This document shows positions 52,338-59,641 of a stretch of 64,000 nt of DNA, in pieces. The stretch spans positions 6,830-70,829 of the forward strand of contig CAYQDU010000001.1 in assembly GCA_964416275.1 (NCBI GenBank), in the 5' to 3' direction. Each line of letters begins with the position of its first letter. Position 1 is the first letter of the stretch. The DNA comes from an uncultured Anaerolinea sp. GTDB lineage: Bacteria > Chloroflexota > Anaerolineae > Anaerolineales > UBA4823. The position numbers and the translations under genes are program-made. The notes beneath the pieces were generated by a model that did no database searches, was not told the origin of the DNA, and saw only the letters and a list, made by a program, of their open reading frames with translations.

Positions 52338-52998
52338 CCATGGCCTTCCCTTGCAGCTTGAGCATTGCCAGGTTGACCAAGAACGATAGCCCCAGCAGCA
52401 CCGCCCCCAGGGTCAGGGCCAGGGCAAAGTCGCCCTTGCGCGTTTCCAGCACGATGGCGGTGGTGAGGACGCGGGTGCTGTGTTCGATATTGCCGCCCAC
52501 CAGCATCACCGCCCCTACTTCCGATAGGATGCTGCCGAACCCGGCGATGATCGAGACGATCACCCCCACGCGGGCTTCCCACACCACCGTCCAGGCGGCC
52601 TGGCGGCGGGTGGCGCCCAGGGCCAGTACCTGCTGGCGCAGGTTGGGGTCGACGCCCATCACCGCCGCCATGGTGAACCCGGCCACCAGCGGGAAGGCGA
52701 TGATGGTCTGGGCCAGGATCATAGCGCTGGGGGTGAACAGCCTGGGGATGAACGACCAGCCCAGCGCTCCCAGCGGCCCGCTGCGCGACAGCAGCAGGTA
52801 GACGAACAGGCCGATCACCACCGGGGGAAAGCCCATCCCGGTGTAGAGCATGGCAACGATGACCCGGCGGCCCACAAAGCGCGTCAGGCCCATCAGCGCC
52901 CCCAACGGGATGCCGATCAGGGTGCTGAATAAAAGGGCAATGCCAGAGACGCGCAGCGAAAGGGAGATGATCTCGATTAAATCGGGCAGCACTCGCAC
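52330..52998 (-). CDS. ABC transporter permease (TupB-like)
   Basis: 222-aa ORF with a GTG start, about 5-6 TM segments, and a BPD-transporter-like loop (LGATRRQAAWTVVWEARVG). Confidence 0.8.
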   Translation of the reverse strand: MRVLPDLIEIISLSLRVSGIALLFSTLIGIPLGALMGLTRFVGRRVIVAMLYTGMGFPPVVIGLFVYLLLSRSGPLGALGWSFIPRLFTPSAMILAQTIIAFPLVAGFTMAAVMGVDPNLRQQVLALGATRRQAAWTVVWEARVGVIVSIIAGFGSILSEVGAVMLVGGNIEHSTRVLTTAIVLETRKGDFALALTLGAVLLGLSFLVNLAMLKLQGKAMDE

Positions 52999-53009
52999 AC
53001 CAATGTGTT

Positions 53010-53053
53010 ACTTGTATTCAGACAAGTATATTGTGGGTGGGAGTTTTTGTCCA
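53010..53053 (-). promoter_or_regulatory. Promoter with overlapping palindromic operator upstream of the Tup-like operon
   Basis: Minus strand TGGACA (53048-53053), 17 nt, TATACT (53025-53030). Inverted repeat ACTTGT-attcag-ACAAGT (53010-53027) overlaps the -10 and start site. Confidence 0.4.
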
Positions 53054-53166
53054 GTCTCGCTTAAAAATTTGGGGGGTTCGATTGAAGAGTGTGCGGGTGG
53101 GCCGCTCGCACTCGACTGGGGCGGGGAGGACTGGCGAACTTTGCTCGCCTGCCTGGAGACCTCGTT

Positions 53167-53856
53167 TCAGCTTTTGAACGGCCCGAACTGGGGGAATTGG
53201 GCCGGAGAGGCCCGGCTCAGGCGCTCGGAGGTGGGGCTGAGAAAATAATCGCTGCCGTTGCGGTGCAGCAGGGGAATGCGCCGCCGCTGGTCGCCAAAAT
53301 GCGCGCGCATCTCCTCCGAGAGCAGAGCGTAGCTCTCGAACTCATCCGGCCAGCCGGCGAAGAGGTCGTCGTAGAAGCGCACAAACTCCTGGCGGTAGGC
53401 CGGGGCGACGGCCCCCAGGTTGCTGATGACCCAGCAGGCCGGCTCGAAGTCCCACTCATAGGCCAGCCCAATGAACCGGTTGCGCGAATCGATGTAGGGG
53501 AAGAAGGGAAACTGGCGGCAGCTCATCGCCCGGAAGGGGCGCTGGCAGTGAGCCGGCCCCCGACAGGCCAGCAGGATCATCGTATCGGGGGTGTCGGCGC
53601 GCAGTTCGGCCGGGTCGCACGGCTCCGACAGGCACTCGTCGCCGCGCCACTCGTGCCACAGGTCGGTATGGGCCTGCAGATACGCCCATTCCTGGTGATA
53701 GGCCACCGGCACGGCCACACAAATATCGCAGCAGGCCGGGATGCGGTTGGGGTTGTATGGGGCGCACTTCAGCCCGCAGTCGAAATCCGTCACCGGGGTG
53801 TCGAAGCGGTCGTAAAGCTGGCGCAGAGCCAGGCGAGGGGTGAGTTCGGGGGGCAT
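53167..53856 (-). CDS. Cys-rich protein, YkgJ-type cysteine-cluster (zinc/iron-chelating) family-like
   Basis: FDCGLKCAPYNPNRIPACCDIC and later CRGPAHCQRPFRAMSCRQFPFFPY resemble the two halves of the CxxCxxCC-type domain. Tentative. Confidence 0.5.
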   Translation of the reverse strand: MPPELTPRLALRQLYDRFDTPVTDFDCGLKCAPYNPNRIPACCDICVAVPVAYHQEWAYLQAHTDLWHEWRGDECLSEPCDPAELRADTPDTMILLACRGPAHCQRPFRAMSCRQFPFFPYIDSRNRFIGLAYEWDFEPACWVISNLGAVAPAYRQEFVRFYDDLFAGWPDEFESYALLSEEMRAHFGDQRRRIPLLHRNGSDYFLSPTSERLSRASPAQFPQFGPFKS

Positions 53857-53903
53857 ATACTAAAGAAACGGGCGCTTTCGCCGCAGGTTCACAATCATGC
53901 CGG

Positions 53904-54746
53904 CTATTTTACCATGCTGGCTGCCAGCGGCAGGTAGATGGTGTGCGGCAGAATGAGGATGGCCTGGGTGGTGGTGACCACGCCGGCCGGGTTGGCGATC
54001 TCGATCAGCAGGTGCTGCAGGCCGGGTGTGTTCCAGGCGTAGGTCTGGGTGTTGCTGCGCCCGCCGGCAATCTGCGCCCCGGCCTGCCCGCTGACCGTCC
54101 AGGTGTAGGTGACGGGCAGGGAGGCGTTGGGCGAGGTCGCGACGGTGAAGGCGTATGGGACGCGGGTCAGGCCGGTGGTCGGGCCGTTCGAATCGAGCGG
54201 CGTCGCCGGAACTACGTCGGCCGGGCAAGATACACGCCCGGTGTTCTGCGCTTGCAGCCCGCTGCTCTCCCTGGCCTGCACCTTCCAGGTGTAGGTGTTG
54301 CCCAGGGTTGGACCAGCGCCGCTGGCCCCCGGCAGCCCACAGGCCACCTGGAAGCCGGGGGCGGTCAGGTCGGACGGGGCGTACAGGCTGGTCTGGAAGA
54401 AGCCGGCGTAATAGGCCCGCACCCGGTTGTCGATGCTGACCGTCAGGCTGATGATGTAGTTGGAGCTGGTGGCGACCGTCTCTTGGTACGCCCACTGGAT
54501 GTAACAGCGGTCGGTATAGGGTTCGGGGCGGTAGCATTGAGGAGCCGGGCTGTCGATGGCGGTGATGTTGGGGGCCAGATCGCCCTGGCCGGAGGTCGAG
54601 CGGGGCGCATCGACTGCCTGGGGCAGCGGGGTGGGCGTGATCAACCCCGGCGGGGCCGCCTCGGCCGGGCGCAAGATCAGCCCCATCAGCGCCAGGAGCG
54701 CCGCGGCCAGCAGGATCGCTCCAAAACCGCGCAATTTTGCAGACAT
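53904..54746 (-). CDS. Secreted protein: unassigned 4-Cys domain + PKD/Ig-like unit + short C-terminal YLPL tail
   Basis: Signal anchor MSAKLRGFGAILLAAALLALMGLIL. 4-Cys domain CYRPEPYTDRCYIQW...GFQVACGLPGASGAGPTLGN...GRVSCPA, paralogous to the next gene. PVTYTWTVSG PKD-like. Ends HTIYLPLAASMVK. Confidence 0.6.
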   Translation of the reverse strand: MSAKLRGFGAILLAAALLALMGLILRPAEAAPPGLITPTPLPQAVDAPRSTSGQGDLAPNITAIDSPAPQCYRPEPYTDRCYIQWAYQETVATSSNYIISLTVSIDNRVRAYYAGFFQTSLYAPSDLTAPGFQVACGLPGASGAGPTLGNTYTWKVQARESSGLQAQNTGRVSCPADVVPATPLDSNGPTTGLTRVPYAFTVATSPNASLPVTYTWTVSGQAGAQIAGGRSNTQTYAWNTPGLQHLLIEIANPAGVVTTTQAILILPHTIYLPLAASMVK

Positions 54747-54767
54747 AAGCGCCTCCCTGGCGGCCGG

Positions 54768-55325
54768 CTAGGGTGCAAAGGCCGGGCAGTGGACCGTCCC
54801 GTAATTGGCCGATTTCAGGTTGTTGGAATCGGTGGCCCTGATCGTCCAGGCGTAGGCGTTGCCCAGGTTGGGTCCGGCCTCGCCGGCCCCCGGCGCGCCG
54901 CAGGCCACCTTGAAGCCCTGGCCCTGCAGGTTGTAGGGGACGTACATTGAGGTCTGGAAGAAACCGTTGTAGCGCGCCACCGTCCCGATGGTGTTGAGCG
55001 TGACGGTCATGGCGATCATGTAATTGGGGCTGGCGCTGACGCTCAGATAGTACCAGTTGATGTAGCAGGTGTCCTGGCTCGGGTCGGGTTGGTAGCAAAC
55101 CGAGGTGGGCGAGTCGATGAAGCCGATCGTGGGCGCCTGGGGATCCATCGCCTTATCGCCGGGCGGGGCGTAGACCTGGCGCACATTCTGATCCTGCGTT
55201 TCACTTTTCAGCGCCGTCTCGCCGTTGGGGCCGGTCGGCCCCTGGCCGCGGGCCGGGGCGATCAGGAGAAACACCGCCGCCAGCAGAGCGGCGGCCAGCA
55301 GCAGGGGGAACACAAGCTTGCGCAT
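54768..55325 (-). CDS. Secreted protein: unassigned 4-Cys domain (paralog of 53904-54746)
   Basis: Signal peptide MRKLVFPLLLAAALLAAVFLLIAPARG. CYQPDPSQDTCYINW...GFKVACGAPGAGEAGPNLGN...GTVHCPA. 21-nt gap to the paralog. Confidence 0.6.
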   Translation of the reverse strand: MRKLVFPLLLAAALLAAVFLLIAPARGQGPTGPNGETALKSETQDQNVRQVYAPPGDKAMDPQAPTIGFIDSPTSVCYQPDPSQDTCYINWYYLSVSASPNYMIAMTVTLNTIGTVARYNGFFQTSMYVPYNLQGQGFKVACGAPGAGEAGPNLGNAYAWTIRATDSNNLKSANYGTVHCPAFAP

Positions 55326-55429
55326 CTTACCCTCCGAATGCGATCATGATCGGGCGGGGCTGCAGTGAGCAAACAAGCCTGTCACTGGAACCCCCGGCCG
55401 AATCGGGAGTATTTCGGATAATTATTGTA

Positions 55430-55458
55430 ATTATAGTCTCTTTATGGAAAATGAGCAA
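55430..55458 (-). promoter_or_regulatory. Sigma70-type promoter for the 4-Cys paralog pair
   Basis: Minus strand TTGCTC (55453-55458), 17 nt, TATAAT (55430-55435), within an AT-rich island. Confidence 0.4.
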
Positions 55459-55554
55459 GCGAGGAAGAATTTCGTCATAAAATTTTCGGCCTCTCGTCCC
55501 ATTTCTGTGGAGCGCCACGAACTTTTACCAAAGTTGGAACAGTCACCCTTTGGA

Positions 55555-55583
55555 TAGACAGGGATAGACGTCCAGATTATAAT
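55555..55583 (+). promoter_or_regulatory. Sigma70-type promoter directed at the beta-propeller gene (long structured leader)
   Basis: TAGACA (55555-55560), 17 nt, TATAAT (55578-55583). GATAGAC direct repeats at 55553 and 55563 overlap the -35. Confidence 0.4.
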
Positions 55584-55617
55584 AAATGTCTATTCAACTT
55601 GTGCGGCTTATAAAATT

Positions 55618-55885
55618 CGGGTTCTTCCGATCTCGCCGGGAGAATTTCCACGTTGGGTCGGGCGTAGCTGTCTGCACCTCCCAACATAGATCAAAACCGG
55701 CTTTTGGCTGAAGAGCCAAAATTCTGCTAGCTCCCCACGCAACCGTGGTGGAGGTGACTGGCAAGCTTGGCCGAAAGAGGGTTAATCATGGATTTTGTCG
55801 CCCGAAGGGCGACAAAATCCATGCAACATCTCTTTTTGAATGCGCTTGCAGAGCGCCATGCCTGCTCCACGGTTTAATGGGGTGG
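55618..55885. repeat. Intergenic mosaic of hairpin modules (dispersed repeat family)
   Basis: Long-hairpin module 55618-55692. TTTTGGCT-gaag-AGCCAAAA (55702-55721). Hairpin CATGGATTTTGTCGCCC-gaa-GGGCGACAAAATCCATG (55787-55823), with compensated stem changes. GCGCT-tgcag-AGCGC. CCACGGTTTAATGGGGTGGT. Confidence 0.7.
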
Positions 55886-55929
55886 TGTCAAAATTCTTCA
55901 AAAATGTCAAAAATACGAGGAACAAGACG

Positions 55930-58554
55930 ATGAAACGGAAGCTTGCTTTTCTGAGTCAAATTTTGATCGCCTTTTTGTTGGCTTTGCCTCCTCAACCTGA
56001 GAGAACAGTGGTCGAGCCGCCCACTGCCCAATTGACGTCCTGGGTGGATCCATTTGACGCCTCTGAATTAAACGCCCGGTGGACCTGGAAATATGAAAAC
56101 CCGGATGGCTGGAGCCTATCTGCTCGGCCTGGATACTTACAGATGACCCCTGTGGGGCGCTTGAACAACACCGAAAACAACCTGCAAAATTTGCTCTACA
56201 CCGCAGCGCCATCGGATGACTTTCAGGTAACGGCCAGCCTGGAATTTACCACCACCGCCGATGGACAGGGCGCCGGACTGGTGCTGTACCTGGATGACGA
56301 CAGCTATGTTGAGTTATCGCTCGAACGATGGGGGGGCGAGCCATTTCTTCACCTGCGCAAAGAATCCGGATCCTTTACCATCATCCAGTTCCCTCAACTT
56401 CTTCACGAAACCCGCGTCTATCTACGTTTGGCTGTCGAGCGGGGCTTTGCCAGTGGCTATTACAGCCTGGATCAGCAGGAGTGGATCTATATCGGCCAGG
56501 CTGCACTGGACAGCCTGGCGATGTCCATTGGGCTGCAGGCGTTTACCGACCAGACCGGGCCGGGAGAAAGCCCGGCCTACTTCGACCAGGTGGAAGTGGG
56601 CGCGGTACCGACGCCAGATATCGTCTGGGAGCACCAGGGCCTGTATGGGGCCTTCACGGGTGGGCCGTTTGACCGGATCGCCTTTGATACCGAAACCGGC
56701 GACCTGTATGGCTGCGTGCGCGGCGTCTACGGGTTGTACCGCCTGCCGTATGGCGCACAGGCCTGGCTGCCGGTGCAGTCCAGCGGCGGCGGCTGCAGCG
56801 GCCTGGCCATTGACAATCAGGATCATATAATATATTGGAGCAACGGATGGAGCGTCATGCGCAGCGCCGATGACGGTGGGCGATGGCAGACAATTTACCT
56901 CTCCCCAAGCCCTGTTGGGGTCACTGACATCGAAGTTTCGGCGGCTGCGGCGCATACTGTTTTCGTAGGCCTGGCGAGCGGCGAAGTTCTTCGCTCGGCA
57001 GATGCGGGAATTACCTGGCAGGCGGCTCAATTCTCTCTGGATGGCAGCAACTGGGTAGATCAAGTTGACTGTGCATTAGGTGGGGTGGAGAGCGACCCAA
57101 CCTCACCGGACAGGGTGTTCATGGTAGCCAGCGGGGGGCCAAACCTGGCCTGCGCCCACAGCGGCGTTTATCGCAGTCTGGATGGCGGCGCAAAATTTAC
57201 CCGTGTATTGTCGGATACGCTCCTCCTTGGCAGTTCCCTGGCAGTCAGCGCAAATGGGACCGTGTTTGCAACCTTGAACGGCCACTTAAATCGCAGCCTC
57301 AATCATGGCAGCGATTGGACTATTCTCGATACCGGTATTCCAGTCTTGTACAGTCCAATTACCTTCCACCCGAGCTATCCGAATACCGTTTTTGTCTCAT
57401 TTGGGCGGAGCGATGATAATGGCGACACCTGGACGGGGCTTTCCACCGGCTACATCTTGCCGATCATCGATCCAAGCCATACGAACCGCTGGGTTTACAC
57501 GACTATGTATGGTTTCCGCCTCTCGCTGGATAGTGGGGAAACTGTGCAGGAGTTCAACGCCGGCCTGCAGGAGATCCAGGTCACGCGGGTGGCAATCGAC
57601 CCCACCAACCCGCAGCACATGTTTGTTTGCGCCAACAATGAGCTGGCCCGTTCGAAAGACGGCGGCCAGACCTGGGATTATCCACTGGGGTTCTCCGGCG
57701 GGCATGATGTGATGATCGATCCCACCGATCCGCAGATCGTTTACAGCCTGGACAGCGGAGGCTCTGGTTTTAACAAGAGCCTGGATGGTGGGGACACCTG
57801 GCAATATTACCCTGTGGCGGATACGAGCTACGAATACGATCTTCCCCAGGCATTGGCGCTTGATCCGGGCGATAACCAAACGGCATATTTGGCGATGGTC
57901 GGTTATGGCCCGCCCTGGTCTAAGACGCTGGGCGGGGTCTATAAAACGATCGATGCGGGCGAGACGTGGACGGTGACGGCCATGACGAATATGCCCGTGC
58001 AGACCGTGGCCTTTGACGCGGATGGGCAGACGCTCTACACCGGCCTGGCGACCGTGAATGACGCCAACCGCCCGGCCCTGTACTACAGTCGGGACGGCGG
58101 CGACCACTGGACCGCGTTTGATGCCCTAAAGGGGTGGCCGGTTACCGCCATCGTAGCCGACCCACGTTATGCTGGTCACGTGTACGTTGGTACGCAGAAT
58201 GGTTTGTGGAAAACCGAGGATTCTGGCGCGACCTGGAACCTGGCGCTGGATGGCGGGGCCGTCAATCGGATCGCCATCTATCCGGACCTGCCGGATGTGG
58301 TTTACGCCCTGGTTGCAGGTGCGTACATCTACCGCAGCCTGGATGCTGGCGGGCAATGGACGCTCATCTACATAGCCCGGCCATCGGATGGTTCCCCCTC
58401 CGAGCTGCATTTCCAGGAACTGCAGGCGCTGGCTGGGCGGCAAGGCGTACGGGCCGAGCCGGGGGCGCCCCAGCTTTTCATGGGCAATACCCGGGGGCTC
58501 TTTATAACTCGGGTAACTTTCACCCGCGTTTTCTTACCGCTGATCCTTCGGTAA
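55930..58554 (+). CDS. Secreted ConA-like + tandem BNR/Asp-box beta-propeller protein (sortilin-Vps10/GH74-like architecture)
   Basis: ATG 55930 gives the signal MKRKLAFLSQILIAFLLALPP. N-terminal ConA/DUF1349-like region. Twelve Asp-boxes (SADDGGRW, SADAGITW, SLDGGAKF, SLNHGSDW, SDDNGDTW, SLDSGETV, SKDGGQTW, SLDGGDTW, TIDAGETW, SRDGGDHW, TEDSGATW, SLDAGGQW). Ends TRVFLPLILR. Confidence 0.8.
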   Translation: MKRKLAFLSQILIAFLLALPPQPERTVVEPPTAQLTSWVDPFDASELNARWTWKYENPDGWSLSARPGYLQMTPVGRLNNTENNLQNLLYTAAPSDDFQVTASLEFTTTADGQGAGLVLYLDDDSYVELSLERWGGEPFLHLRKESGSFTIIQFPQLLHETRVYLRLAVERGFASGYYSLDQQEWIYIGQAALDSLAMSIGLQAFTDQTGPGESPAYFDQVEVGAVPTPDIVWEHQGLYGAFTGGPFDRIAFDTETGDLYGCVRGVYGLYRLPYGAQAWLPVQSSGGGCSGLAIDNQDHIIYWSNGWSVMRSADDGGRWQTIYLSPSPVGVTDIEVSAAAAHTVFVGLASGEVLRSADAGITWQAAQFSLDGSNWVDQVDCALGGVESDPTSPDRVFMVASGGPNLACAHSGVYRSLDGGAKFTRVLSDTLLLGSSLAVSANGTVFATLNGHLNRSLNHGSDWTILDTGIPVLYSPITFHPSYPNTVFVSFGRSDDNGDTWTGLSTGYILPIIDPSHTNRWVYTTMYGFRLSLDSGETVQEFNAGLQEIQVTRVAIDPTNPQHMFVCANNELARSKDGGQTWDYPLGFSGGHDVMIDPTDPQIVYSLDSGGSGFNKSLDGGDTWQYYPVADTSYEYDLPQALALDPGDNQTAYLAMVGYGPPWSKTLGGVYKTIDAGETWTVTAMTNMPVQTVAFDADGQTLYTGLATVNDANRPALYYSRDGGDHWTAFDALKGWPVTAIVADPRYAGHVYVGTQNGLWKTEDSGATWNLALDGGAVNRIAIYPDLPDVVYALVAGAYIYRSLDAGGQWTLIYIARPSDGSPSELHFQELQALAGRQGVRAEPGAPQLFMGNTRGLFITRVTFTRVFLPLILR

Positions 58555-58561
58555 CGTTGCA

Positions 58562-58643
58562 GGGCTCTCCCGGCTTCGTTGGGAAAATTTCTATGTTGGG
58601 GGGTTGGCGGGCGGCTACGCTGCCCTCCCCCCCAATATAGATC
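58562..58643. repeat. Long-hairpin repeat module directly after the beta-propeller gene stop
   Basis: GGGCTCTCCCGGCTTCGTTGGGAAAATTTCTATGTTGGGGGG...GGC-tac-GC...CCCCCCCAATATAGATC. Same orientation and architecture as 55618-55692 and 738-832. Confidence 0.6.
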
Positions 58644-58720
58644 AGATCTTGCCCGCGGCGGCGGAGCCTTTAAAAGATTTACGGCCAGGGTTTTAACCTG
58701 GCCGTAAAAAAAAACAGTAG

Positions 58721-58795
<75 letters not shown>

Positions 58796-58821
58796 GTGCT
58801 TTCGTTCCGTCGTGCGGCGCA

Positions 58822-58850
58822 CATTATACTCGAAGAATTGGCGCAGTGCA
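58822..58850 (-). promoter_or_regulatory. Sigma70-type promoter of tRNA-Val
   Basis: Minus strand TTGCAC (58845-58850), 17 nt, TATAAT (58822-58827), about 20 nt upstream of the mature 5' end. Confidence 0.55.
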
Positions 58851-59156
58851 AGGGACAGATTGCGCCCGCGCGCCGCTGGTCTTAACCTGACCCGCGCTGT
58901 TTCGCTCCCAGTCCTTAAACAAACCCAAAATCACCCCTCCCACCCCGCCGCGGGGAGTATAATCCCCGCGTTACTTTTGTACCGCCTGATGCAACATATA
59001 GAATGAATGCCAGGATATATTTTGGAAAAAGTTTGCAGCGCGGCCGCAAACTTTTCCCAAACCGATAGAAAAATTCCGCCTTGGGCGGCGGAACCAAAAT
59101 CTGCAATCCCGGAACTTTTTCAAGCCTTGTACGTTATACCTAATGGAGGTCCGAAT

Positions 59157-59546
59157 ATGTCTCTCAAAACAAACCAACTCTCTATCGCTGTTCGTCTGAT
59201 TCTGGCCCTGACGCTGCTGGCCGGCCTGTTCGCCTGGCTGCCGCAGCCGGCCCAGGCCGCCGCCGCCGACGCGCCAACCGCCGCCAAATGGGGCGCCAAA
59301 CTGGTCAACCAGACCGTGGTCATCAACGGGTCGGGCTTCCCGGCCTCGCACACCTTCATCGTGCGCGCCAAATATCGCGCCAGCGACCCCTACACCAAGC
59401 TCGGCAAAGTCAAAGCCAGCAAGCAGGGCAAGATCAACAATGCCGTGGTCGAACTGCCTTCTGTCTGGGCCACCGTGACCAAGCTCCAGGTGTGCCTGAA
59501 AGACAGCGCTACCAACAAATCGTCCTGCGTAACCGCCAAGCGTTAG
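59157..59546 (+). CDS. Small secreted hypothetical protein (129 aa)
   Basis: ATG 59157 after SD GGAGGT. Signal peptide MSLKTNQLSIAVRLILALTLLAGLFAWLPQPAQA. Two Cys near the C-terminus. No family assignable. Confidence 0.55.
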   Translation: MSLKTNQLSIAVRLILALTLLAGLFAWLPQPAQAAAADAPTAAKWGAKLVNQTVVINGSGFPASHTFIVRAKYRASDPYTKLGKVKASKQGKINNAVVELPSVWATVTKLQVCLKDSATNKSSCVTAKR

Positions 59547-59594
59547 CATAAAATCGGCCCTTCCGGCGCAGCCGGAAGAGCCAGAATCATTCAC

Positions 59595-59641
59595 GCGTCC
59601 GGGAGCGGGCGGCCAGCGCCGCCCGCTCCCGGACGCTTTTT
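59595..59641 (+). terminator. Rho-independent terminator shared by convergent genes
   Basis: 18-bp perfect stem GCGTCCGGGAGCGGGCGG-ccagcg-CCGCCCGCTCCCGGACGC, followed by TTTTT (59637-59641). The T tract overlaps the galK stop codon on the other strand. Confidence 0.75.

Noticed and set aside
53860-55098. 412-aa minus-strand ORF spanning both 4-Cys paralog genes in another frame
   Set aside because: Arg/Pro/His/Gly-rich shadow. The two shorter ORFs have signal peptides and a mutually conserved domain, which is strong evidence for the true frame.
27455-58643. Whether the recurring GTGGATTTTGTCGC...GCGACAAAATCCAC hairpins form a CRISPR array
   Set aside because: The copies are kilobases apart in separate intergenic regions, in both orientations, embedded in other modules, with no regular repeat-spacer periodicity and no cas genes.
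58681-58714. Hairpin ACGGCCAGG-gttttaa-CCTGGCCGT followed by A9 next to tRNA-Val, considered as a terminator
   Set aside because: On the plus strand the stem is followed by A residues, not U. On the minus strand the U9 run precedes the stem. Neither orientation gives a canonical intrinsic terminator. It may still be structural, but I cannot support a call.
58949-58970. Palindrome CGCGGGGA-gtataa-TCCCCGCG with a perfect TATAAT in the loop, considered as the promoter for 59157-59546
   Set aside because: No acceptable -35 at 16-18 nt, and it would imply a roughly 190-nt leader. Evidence is insufficient for a promoter call.
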